Positions 39,101 to 46,530 of a DNA stretch of 64,000 nucleotides are shown piece after piece. The position numbers were made by a program, and so were the translations under genes. The stretch is from Candidatus Poseidoniales archaeon (GTDB lineage: Archaea > Thermoplasmatota > Poseidoniia > Poseidoniales > Poseidoniaceae). The notes below the pieces were generated by a model. It saw only the letters and a program-made list of their open reading frames with translations, had not been told where the DNA came from and did no database searches. The DNA is taken from the NCBI GenBank assembly GCA_038105035.1, contig JAYOBT010000003.1, positions 4,379 through 68,378 of the forward strand, in the 5' to 3' direction. The stretch's first letter is position 1, and each line of letters starts with the position of its first letter.

Positions 39101-39697
39101 ATCACAGTTGTTTGGGATCTTGACACATCCATTGACAGCAATGGGGATGGGGTAAAAGACAACGATGCCGACAAAATTGGAAAACAAATAGAGCATGTGT
39201 TTACCCGTCAAGGGTCCTACACAATCCGAGTACTTGCTTGGGATGAGAATCCAGAACGACCCGGAACTCGGGTTATCAATGTTGAAATTGGTGCACCCGA
39301 ACGCACCATCGTTGAGGATTTAGGCGCTGCACTCATTGGAGAAGAGGCAAATCCTGTCGCACAACTCTCCTTGCTCACGTTCATGCTTCTCACGTTGGCT
39401 ATGATGACCAGACGTAGGCGCTCAGGCCGGCAACAACGAGCGATGGAGCGACTCGACCAGCAGCAAAATGCAATTTTCAGCGATGAAGAAGTCGGTCTGA
39501 TGCCACATGAAATTTCTGCCCGTCGCAATCGCCCACAAGATCCTCCTGTTGAGCGGGCGTTTGATTCTGTTGATAGGAATCCTGCATCATTGAATGGACC
39601 TCCAATCCCGGAATCCGGATTGCCTGACGGATGGACAATGGAACAATGGGGATACTATGGTCAACAATGGTTGGACTCACAACTTGACAATGGCTAA
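36197..39697 (+). CDS. Giant type-I surface protein A (about 1166 aa): signal peptide, conserved about 280-aa N-terminal domain, PKD-like repeats, C-terminal TM helix and conserved cytoplasmic tail.
   Basis: MGGVLKPRVLTLLVLGLMIGFSQ signal at ATG 36197 (track start at 36173 is GTG). PSWRVGDKWIY and GCDASYELTSWNSDGVSTGYRWYCPAV are shared with the downstream paralogue. PKD-like modules (ASGSFDEDGG...W.W.DG). C-terminus LLTFMLLTLAMMTRRRRSGRQQR ... GPPIPESGLPDGWTMEQWGYYGQQWLD. Confidence 0.85.
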   Translation: MGGVLKPRVLTLLVLGLMIGFSQIPLVEHHIELPDDQEIQRSGSDPGVTDLPSWRVGDKWIYSGTFDPSILITDTGVSANVGEIRGDATAEVIDILELQFDNGTEWVYKLRMSADFDKSGVELEGFTGNAEIEFTQTEYLRVSDFATVKNDLDLYIKFIPYGIGSLTQILGDITITNEYSPATEAYDFPLRYGERWTSLTTASSQWSGQSDYITPFPPPETDTNTTTWEVTDVGQPRNAIGAGIAYSGCDASYELTSWNSDGVSTGYRWYCPAVNNYAWRHAEEDVGLTIDFRLKQYMPVGATGVESNSDPGTRATCVDVAPERSLTALDSPLEVWVHLSPSCYGTIDGVGVEIAYDGTSTTVNTASNGSASTTIDSGSSIDYSATNTDWSSHGIMAKSGSYVGAATITLDEYLVGLDLIADEERAVIIRNRSGVVSTVSSLSGYNVLPGDDLTIEVAVVNKGITTSAATDLRIYHPDGSIFDLGLPPLSTYESHKVNFTWTVPADAAIGTLPIRWESDPLQVNSADADADNDLGEIELFIGRLPTAVLEPIEIYTNVETMINASGSFDEDGGNVSCLFNVPWYDGTRTAAWTRVESIDCMLNWTWTNDGEYPIEVTITDEEQDQVEAILDVVILNRAPNIEVISARNEVKVEYPVTLYAYANDTDSEDPFPGIVDVYWPNAICEEGYYTRVCTTTAPTEGWHTFQAVGVDDDSAMTMASIDIRFTNINPHGLSVTMTNASGPLPLDVQQTWHVQEDQVVNLRGQALDSIDDLDGLTHRWWPDDAQPNLIKTFDGRVSEFEMMWETSGLHRMRLEVSDSEGASSGTYERWVSVANVPPVVQPLQEVLPLAEGEEVRLVGNATDTASDYDTLIRCWDVDPGLDSNDIGGADDDCDVVGDELIWHWNTSGTHTVIYHVTDDDGVRVSEILSIDVLNIPPIVRTKDIVCNALESCLLDATGTIDSMNDLDQITVVWDLDTSIDSNGDGVKDNDADKIGKQIEHVFTRQGSYTIRVLAWDENPERPGTRVINVEIGAPERTIVEDLGAALIGEEANPVAQLSLLTFMLLTLAMMTRRRRSGRQQRAMERLDQQQNAIFSDEEVGLMPHEISARRNRPQDPPVERAFDSVDRNPASLNGPPIPESGLPDGWTMEQWGYYGQQWLDSQLDNG

Positions 39698-39721
39698 GTA
39701 CAAGGAAGCAGACATTCTGGC

Positions 39722-42700
39722 ATGGCGAACCGCATTCTTGCACTGCTTGTTTTGTTTCTCATGGCAGGTTCATCTGCCGTGCACGTTGTCAGCAACAACA
39801 CAACGGAACTCGACGAACTGCCAACCATTGAGCAATCCTCGGGTACGACAAGCTCCACAGATGTGCCAAGTTGGCGTATAGGTGACAAATGGACCTATGA
39901 GACACAATTTGATGTTTCTCAGCTGCTTGCACAAGCCAACGTATCTGCAAGCCTCAACACATTAACCGGAGATACTGTTTACGAGATTGATGACATCTTC
40001 TTCATCAATGTTGACGGAATCCAAACCCTTGCCTACAAGATGCTCATTGAAGGAGAATTCTCATCAGGAAACAATGGCGCTACGCTTGAAGGCGTGAGTG
40101 GAAGACTCGACATTGATTACTCTGGAGAGGACATCGTTCGAGTTCGAGATCTCGCAGTCATCAATTCGGAATTTGAATTGGACGTCGACTTTGCACCATT
40201 CAATCTTGGCTTCTTATCTCAGAAATTAGCCACAATATCATTTGACACCTACTACGATCCACCCAAAGAAAAATACGATTTCCCAATGAGAACGGGTGAC
40301 CAATGGTACATGCCCTTCATGTCGGGGACCAGTGTAAGCGGCTCATCGGATTACTTTGACCCAACGTCGTTTGATACACAAGGGGCTGAAAACACATCTT
40401 GGCAGGTCACCAAAGATGGTATTCCGACCGAAGACGGACAGAATATCAAATACGAAGGCTGTGATGATTCCTACAAGATCAACGAATGGAACGCTACTGG
40501 TGTAAGTGCTGGATTCAATTGGTATTGTCCAGCTGTTCGATTCAACTCTTGGATTCGAATCTCAAACGCTGCTGGATTCACGATTGATTGGCTGTTGAAA
40601 GATTACGAGCCTGTTGATTCGTTCGGCGTTGACAAGAGGAAGAACCCCGGTGGCAGAAACGTCGATATCGAGGTTGAAACACAATTCATCGCAACATTAC
40701 CAGATTCAATGTCAAAAATTTACGCAACATACTCGGTCGCTCCCAATGGCATTCCCGAGGTCAACAAAAACCTCCAATTGCGTTACGAAATGGCGGGAAC
40801 GCTGATCAATCCAACCACCAACGGTAGCGGACAGATTGAAGAAACAATCAACGTTTCAAATGTCGTTGATGACACGATTGCTAGCGACGATTTTAGCAGC
40901 AATGGCGTGATTGTCTGGGATCCAGTCCAGGAAATTATTGGCGTTGCTACAGTCGTCATCGACTTGTCTGTTGTGGGCATCGATTTGGTTGCTCAGGAAG
41001 ATTCCATCATCGTCACACGAACACGCAACGGAGAAGTTGCTACACTCTCCAAATCAATCGGCTACAACGCATTGCCTGGTGACGAACTTTCGTTCTCCTT
41101 GCCAGCCCAAAACAGAGGTGTTTTGCCGTCCCCTTCAACTGAAATGGAAATCGTCGTACCAGATGGTGATTCAAGCCGACAGGCTGTTCCATCCATCGAT
41201 GCATACAGTGAGCAACGAATTGTCATCGACTGGATTGTACCCGAGGAAACCACCATCGGCAATCAAACACTGACGTTCACCGTCGACCCAGATGAACTGA
41301 TCACAGGAGATGCCAATCGAAGCAACAACCAAGCAACAGTTGACGTCTTTATCGGTCGTGCCCCGAATGCCTCCATCTCCATAGATACTGGAAATTACAC
41401 ATTCGAGAACGTCTTGATTGACGCCCGGTCCTCTTTCGATCCTGACGGTGGGGACGTAGAGTGCCGATTTGAAATCGAGTCTCGACCAGGTCTTGTCGAT
41501 GTTATCACAACACCAGACTGTGCCATGAATTGGAACTGGTCCGACGATGGTGACTGGGAGATACGGACTGTTGTCACAGACGATGAGCTTGATACAACTG
41601 TATTGATCAGCAATGTCACCATCTTAAACAGAGCACCGTACATCAACCTCAGTCACCCGGCAGAAGTTGCTGTCGAATCCTCGATTACCATTGATGCAAG
41701 TGAAAGTGGAGACCTCGATACAATATCTCCATCGGGCCAGCAGGTCAGTGTATCTTGGCCTGATTTGAATTGTATCGAAGGGTTAACCCAACCGACGTGT
41801 ACATTCACGCCACTTGAAGAGGGTACGATGCCGATCCGTGCCATTGCAACCGATGACGATGGTGAGGAAACCGAAGTGCTCTCATCGATTGAAGTTCTCA
41901 ATGTCGCCCCGACCATTGGAGAAATAGGCGTGTGGATTTCAGGCGTAAACACGCCCTTCGATGCAAACGGAACGTGGATACTACAAGAAGATCAAACGGT
42001 TATCTTGCGCGCTCAAGGCGATGATACGCTCAACGACCGTGACGGACTTATCATCGATTGGAACCTCAGCGATGTTCTCGATAATCTCACCGTTTCAACC
42101 GATGGATCAGCCTCAGATGTTGCAACTTCATGGCCGACGTCAGGTGAACATATCATCTCAGTTCGAGCTGTCGATGATGATGGAGCAACTTCTTCGACAT
42201 CCCTGGCAAAAGTCACGATTGTCAACGTACCTCCAACCATGACCGCTGAAGCAAATTTCCTCAATGCTGTCAACAATGGCATCACAGTATCTGAAGACGA
42301 CAAAGTGGTCTTCGACGTCGCTGTCGATGACACCGCTTCCGACAAGGATTCATTGGAAGTTTGCTGGGATATTGATGGAACACGAGATGCAGATCTTGAT
42401 GGAACCCTAAACAACGATTGCGATGTGAGTGGTACTCATTTTGAATACACATGGGAAACCAGCAATCCTCAGTTCCAAACCGTGACGGCATGGGTGAAAG
42501 ATGACGATGGGGCCATGGCTTCAATCTCTGCTGTGGTGAAGGTTCAGAACGTGTTGCCAAGCGCTGAAATTTCGTTTGCGAATGGTTCGCTCGACAATTT
42601 GGTCAAGGGCGATACGCTCAATCTCACGTCTGATGGGACCTTTGACTCAGACTCGGACATTTTGAATATGCTCTACGTCTGGAAATTTGAATGGAGAGGC

Positions 42701-43306
42701 GAAAGCGACTTGGGAGAAACAGGCCCTGTTGTATCCATTGCAAATTTGCCAGTAGGTACATGGGACGTCAACCTCACTGTTACAGATGATGATCTAGCGT
42801 CTTCTACCACGACCATTACCATCGTTGTTTCAGAACCACCTCCTGAAGGATTCCTTGAGGAATTCAGCGATACACTGGGCGTGTCTCAGACCATGTCGAT
42901 TGTCATCATAGGCCTCGTTGTTTTGGTGATCGTGTTGGCATCGTTCCTCTTGGTCACTCGTCGTTCACCTCCGGATTTGGTCGAAACACCGTCAAACAAA
43001 GCATGGGATACAACTCCGTTACCGAGTTACGAACCCTCGGAAATGCCTGCATATGGACAGCCTGCACAACAAGCCCCTGCACAACCTGAACCCATCGCTG
43101 AGCAGCCTGTCACGAATCAAGGGCCACCACTTCCAGCCACTGGTCTACCGGCTGGTTGGACCATGGAACAATGGGCGTATTATGGTGAGCAGTACCTTGC
43201 TGCAAACCAAGCACCTGCACCCACCTATCAACCGACACCTTCAATGACTACACCATCGCCTCAGAATACGAATCTGTCCGACCTACTGGATGATTTGGAC
43301 CTGTGA
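39722..43306 (+). CDS. Giant type-I surface protein B (1194 aa), a tandem paralogue of protein A.
   Basis: MANRILALLVLFLMAGSSAVHV signal. PSWRIGDKWTY and GCDDSYKINEWNATGVSAGFNWYCPAV. PKD-like modules (ARSSFDPDGGDVECRF...W.W.DG). C-terminus IVIIGLVVLVIVLASFLLVTRRSPPD ... GPPLPATGLPAGWTMEQWAYYGEQYLA. Starts 24 nt after the protein A stop. Confidence 0.85.
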   Translation: MANRILALLVLFLMAGSSAVHVVSNNTTELDELPTIEQSSGTTSSTDVPSWRIGDKWTYETQFDVSQLLAQANVSASLNTLTGDTVYEIDDIFFINVDGIQTLAYKMLIEGEFSSGNNGATLEGVSGRLDIDYSGEDIVRVRDLAVINSEFELDVDFAPFNLGFLSQKLATISFDTYYDPPKEKYDFPMRTGDQWYMPFMSGTSVSGSSDYFDPTSFDTQGAENTSWQVTKDGIPTEDGQNIKYEGCDDSYKINEWNATGVSAGFNWYCPAVRFNSWIRISNAAGFTIDWLLKDYEPVDSFGVDKRKNPGGRNVDIEVETQFIATLPDSMSKIYATYSVAPNGIPEVNKNLQLRYEMAGTLINPTTNGSGQIEETINVSNVVDDTIASDDFSSNGVIVWDPVQEIIGVATVVIDLSVVGIDLVAQEDSIIVTRTRNGEVATLSKSIGYNALPGDELSFSLPAQNRGVLPSPSTEMEIVVPDGDSSRQAVPSIDAYSEQRIVIDWIVPEETTIGNQTLTFTVDPDELITGDANRSNNQATVDVFIGRAPNASISIDTGNYTFENVLIDARSSFDPDGGDVECRFEIESRPGLVDVITTPDCAMNWNWSDDGDWEIRTVVTDDELDTTVLISNVTILNRAPYINLSHPAEVAVESSITIDASESGDLDTISPSGQQVSVSWPDLNCIEGLTQPTCTFTPLEEGTMPIRAIATDDDGEETEVLSSIEVLNVAPTIGEIGVWISGVNTPFDANGTWILQEDQTVILRAQGDDTLNDRDGLIIDWNLSDVLDNLTVSTDGSASDVATSWPTSGEHIISVRAVDDDGATSSTSLAKVTIVNVPPTMTAEANFLNAVNNGITVSEDDKVVFDVAVDDTASDKDSLEVCWDIDGTRDADLDGTLNNDCDVSGTHFEYTWETSNPQFQTVTAWVKDDDGAMASISAVVKVQNVLPSAEISFANGSLDNLVKGDTLNLTSDGTFDSDSDILNMLYVWKFEWRGESDLGETGPVVSIANLPVGTWDVNLTVTDDDLASSTTTITIVVSEPPPEGFLEEFSDTLGVSQTMSIVIIGLVVLVIVLASFLLVTRRSPPDLVETPSNKAWDTTPLPSYEPSEMPAYGQPAQQAPAQPEPIAEQPVTNQGPPLPATGLPAGWTMEQWAYYGEQYLAANQAPAPTYQPTPSMTTPSPQNTNLSDLLDDLDL

Positions 43307-43311
43307 TAGCA

Positions 43312-43863
43312 ATGGGAAATCTTTGGCAGTTCTTTGGACTCCCCGACCCTGATGCAGGCGGCGTAGCTCGAGTTACCGAGGCACCAGCCACTGCGCAGAG
43401 AAGTCAATTGTCCAGTGAACCTGTTGAAGCAGTAACACAAGTTGTTGAAGAGACGCTAGAACCTCCAACTGACAGGCCCACGACGTTTGAGTGGAATGGA
43501 CCAGTGACTCCTGACGGACAGCCATTTCATGATCTGTCTCAACATAATGGACGGATTCTGATTCGACCGACACGCGCACTACGTTATGTTAAACCAGATG
43601 AAAAACATCGCATCCACACAAGAGACATCGCTCAACGAGTGTTGCAGGGAGATACGGTGATTGTTGATCTAAGGACGTTGGTCCACATGGAATCCCATCA
43701 ACAGGCCTGTCGACGAGAATTACGAGTTATGTGTGAACAAGTTGGTGTTGGCGTGTTTGCCTTGGATTCGGAGGATAAGTTGCTTATGATTCCAGGGGCT
43801 GATGTCGTTGTTGACATCGAAAAGCACGAACTTGGACTCACACGATTGCTTAACGTATCCTGA
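43312..43863 (+). CDS. sepF: Cell division protein SepF (FtsZ-anchoring), archaeal type.
   Basis: The C-terminal domain aligns with the SepF pattern: ILIRPTRALRYVKPDE..DTVIVDLRTL....ACRRELRVMCEQVGVGVFALDSEDKLLMIPGADVVV (compare bacterial VVVNL...AKRIVDFLSGTVYAI.GDIQRIG.DIFLCTP). ATG at 43312 is 6 nt after the upstream stop. The track start at 43303 is GTG. Confidence 0.72.
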   Translation: MGNLWQFFGLPDPDAGGVARVTEAPATAQRSQLSSEPVEAVTQVVEETLEPPTDRPTTFEWNGPVTPDGQPFHDLSQHNGRILIRPTRALRYVKPDEKHRIHTRDIAQRVLQGDTVIVDLRTLVHMESHQQACRRELRVMCEQVGVGVFALDSEDKLLMIPGADVVVDIEKHELGLTRLLNVS

Positions 43864-43872
43864 GGTGAAAAA

Positions 43873-45159
43873 ATGGATAGGCGTCAGCAATTCACAGGTT
43901 CTTATCTCGAACTCTTTACCTCATCGATGTTGTTTTTCATTGCCTTGACATTCTTACTGGCTTGGCTAACGTTTTTTTCGCCATATGAATTGTTTGAAGA
44001 TGAAGAACGTCTTGCTATGATGAACTATGTTCTCATCACAATGTTTGCTCTGGGCCCTGTCATGGCCATTCTAGCAGGAATTGCGTTTGATACATTGCCG
44101 CTTGTGTACAGTGTCCCGTCCTTTGAACGTACAACAATGCGACATTTTCTCCAACTCAATGCACTTGGGCAATTGTTCATTCATGCTGGGATTTACATTG
44201 GTAACTGGAATTTGTTCATTGAATTCTCAGGAATCGGAATCACACTGATGTGCCTTGCATTGCTAACGCTAACTCCCTCATCGATTGACATTGTGAAACA
44301 GAAGAGCAACTCGGGCGAGGTGGGAATCTTTTCTTACTCACCCGGTCTTGTTCTTGTCTTCTGCTCTTTGTGTATTGCAGCCACATGGTTTATGCGCGAT
44401 GTTCCCGGCATGATCGAGGTAGGGGTCGCCTTCATCGTCGGGATTTTCTGCATGATGATGATGTCAACAGTCATGCTTTCGCATTTCAATCGAAGATTGG
44501 GTTGGAATGTAACAAACCCGAAAACCCTTCCAATTCGTTTCTTCATCCTGATTTTCCTAGGCATTGGCTACGTTGCAGCGAGCTTCCTCCGGGCGAGAGG
44601 AGCAATCTCAGAGGATTTGATTGACATCGGTTTTTCAGTGCTTCTTCTGAATGTGTTTTTGATGATGAATCCATTGAAGATCTTACGATACTCGATTGGT
44701 AAATTTGCGAAACCGCATTCTCGATTTGTATTCGTAGGATATCTGCTCCTACCCCTTCTCTCGCTCGTTTCAATCGCACCTATTTGGACGGGTCACGAAG
44801 GCATGGCGAACATTCAACCAGCACACTGGTTGTTGATTGCCTATTCTTGTTTCTTCGTGGTGTGTGGATTTGCTATCTATCTCCATGAGGACCATTTGCA
44901 TTATTCCCCTTCAACCAGGATTACACACTGGCACCTCGTCTTGATGTTCCTCGCCTGTGGTGTACTTATGACATGGTCGCTGTATGACGGGGCCGTTTTG
45001 CTTGATGGAGAATATTTGCCAGTTTATGTTTGGATTGGAACACAAAGTCTTGCATCGTTCTTGCTTGCCATCCTTTTTATTCGTCATACTGTTTTCCCAT
45101 CGGACAACTGGCATCGCATGCCTATGTTCTACGATCGACTCATGGAAAGTAAGGATTGA
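43873..45159 (+). CDS. Hypothetical polytopic membrane protein (about 12 TM helices).
   Basis: Twelve hydrophobic segments throughout, e.g. MLFFIALTFLLAWLTFF, VLITMFALGPVMAILAGIAF, GIGITLMCLALLTL, LVLVFCSLCIAATWF, LLLNVFLMMNPL, FVFVGYLLLPLLSLVSIAPIW. No recognised family. It lies 9 nt after sepF. Confidence 0.5.
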   Translation: MDRRQQFTGSYLELFTSSMLFFIALTFLLAWLTFFSPYELFEDEERLAMMNYVLITMFALGPVMAILAGIAFDTLPLVYSVPSFERTTMRHFLQLNALGQLFIHAGIYIGNWNLFIEFSGIGITLMCLALLTLTPSSIDIVKQKSNSGEVGIFSYSPGLVLVFCSLCIAATWFMRDVPGMIEVGVAFIVGIFCMMMMSTVMLSHFNRRLGWNVTNPKTLPIRFFILIFLGIGYVAASFLRARGAISEDLIDIGFSVLLLNVFLMMNPLKILRYSIGKFAKPHSRFVFVGYLLLPLLSLVSIAPIWTGHEGMANIQPAHWLLIAYSCFFVVCGFAIYLHEDHLHYSPSTRITHWHLVLMFLACGVLMTWSLYDGAVLLDGEYLPVYVWIGTQSLASFLLAILFIRHTVFPSDNWHRMPMFYDRLMESKD

Positions 45160-45713
45160 ACATCGTTAAGGAAATCGAGCGATGACTGGGTAAATCCCAA
45201 CACAGCCGGCTCCGTTCCTTCAATCAAATGAGCGTACTTTCCCATCATACCAGCCAAGTCATAGCCTCCTGCTTTACCAACCCATGAGTTTGATTCGATA
45301 AGTTCGATAAGAGCATCATCAGAAAAGTCTTCGATTTCAACAACAGCATGTTCGATGCTTGAGTGCCAATTGCCCATTGCATGCACCATCGTTGCGGACC
45401 ATACGCGGTGACGGCGCCCTCGCAAACGCAGAAGCATAGCAACTGCTTGTTCTTTCGAAGATGGTTTTCCCATTGCAGCTTGTTCATCATCGGGATCCTC
45501 GACAAGCGTATCCGATACGATTACGACATCGTATTCCTCATCGAATGAGACTGCATTTGCTTTACGTAGGGCCACTTCTTTCACCTGGCCAGAGAGAATT
45601 TGCCGAGGGACGGATTCATCCACACCTTCAATCGCAACTTGTTCGACGTTTGCAAAGCGCTCTCGAAGAATGGCCCCACGTCGCTCAGATGCAGAAGCAA
45701 GGAGGATGCGCAT
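45129..45713 (-). CDS. maf: Maf-family nucleoside triphosphate pyrophosphatase (septum formation protein Maf).
   Basis: MRILLASASERRGAILRE. DVVIVSDTLV. GKPSSKEQAVAMLLRLRGRRHRVWSATMV. Typical Maf motifs (S-x-R-R, GKP, L-S-G-x-x-H). ATG at 45713; the track start at 45722 is GTG. Confidence 0.8.
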   Translation of the reverse strand: MRILLASASERRGAILRERFANVEQVAIEGVDESVPRQILSGQVKEVALRKANAVSFDEEYDVVIVSDTLVEDPDDEQAAMGKPSSKEQAVAMLLRLRGRRHRVWSATMVHAMGNWHSSIEHAVVEIEDFSDDALIELIESNSWVGKAGGYDLAGMMGKYAHLIEGTEPAVLGFTQSSLDFLNDVQSLLSMSRS

Positions 45714-45810
45714 AACCAACACACGTCACATCAACCACATCACATTTTGCAAACAAATTGGGGGTGAATTTCAAGTGTTGAATCGTGTTCCTCCAATATG
45801 AGGCGGAACT

Positions 45811-46530
45811 ATGGACATCATGGAACGAATTCCCACACACGTTGAAGGACTCGATGAGAACATGCAAGGTGGCATTCCAAAGGGACATATCTGCATCGTC
45901 GCAGGTGCATCCGGTGCAATGAAGTCGAGTGTTACGTTCTCAATGCTTTACAACGCAGTCTTGTACGGGGAAACGAGTGGAATTTACGTCACGCTTGAAC
46001 AAGGAAAAGATTCCTTGCGGGCACACATGTCCAACATGGGTATGAACGTTGACGACGCTCGTGTGCGCAACCGTATTGCAATTATTGATTTATCAGACCT
46101 TCGCGTTCAACTCGACGAACAAGGGATGAGCAATCGTGTTGATTGGATGGGTCAGCTGATTAAGCAACTCACAAACTACAGAAAATCCATTGGCTTCGAA
46201 CTCCTTGTTTTCGACTCGCTTGGTGCGTTCTTCACACTCACCAAAATGGAGAATCCTCGTGATGAGATCTTCAGACTTTTCGAAGCAGTACGTCGTCTCG
46301 AACTTACTTCCTTCTTCATTTGTGAAATGACCGGTGAAAATCACAGGCAATTTGGTGAGTATGGCGTAGAAGATTATCTCTCTGACGGCGTTATTCACCT
46401 TGTTATGGATCGCAAAGAGGACGATGTACAACGAAAACTCGGCATCATTAAGATGCGTCACACTCGGCATGCACTGGGTTACAAGCCTTTCAATTGGAAA
46501 CAAGAAGAACAGCGATTTACTGTTCTTTGA
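45811..46530 (+). CDS. Single-domain KaiC/RecA-superfamily ATPase (archaeal KaiC-like).
   Basis: THVEGLDENMQGGIPKGHICIVAGASGAMKSS is the KaiC-like N-terminal loop plus Walker A. Walker B LLVFDSL. About 240 aa, typical of archaeal KaiC-like regulators. Confidence 0.72.
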   Translation: MDIMERIPTHVEGLDENMQGGIPKGHICIVAGASGAMKSSVTFSMLYNAVLYGETSGIYVTLEQGKDSLRAHMSNMGMNVDDARVRNRIAIIDLSDLRVQLDEQGMSNRVDWMGQLIKQLTNYRKSIGFELLVFDSLGAFFTLTKMENPRDEIFRLFEAVRRLELTSFFICEMTGENHRQFGEYGVEDYLSDGVIHLVMDRKEDDVQRKLGIIKMRHTRHALGYKPFNWKQEEQRFTVL

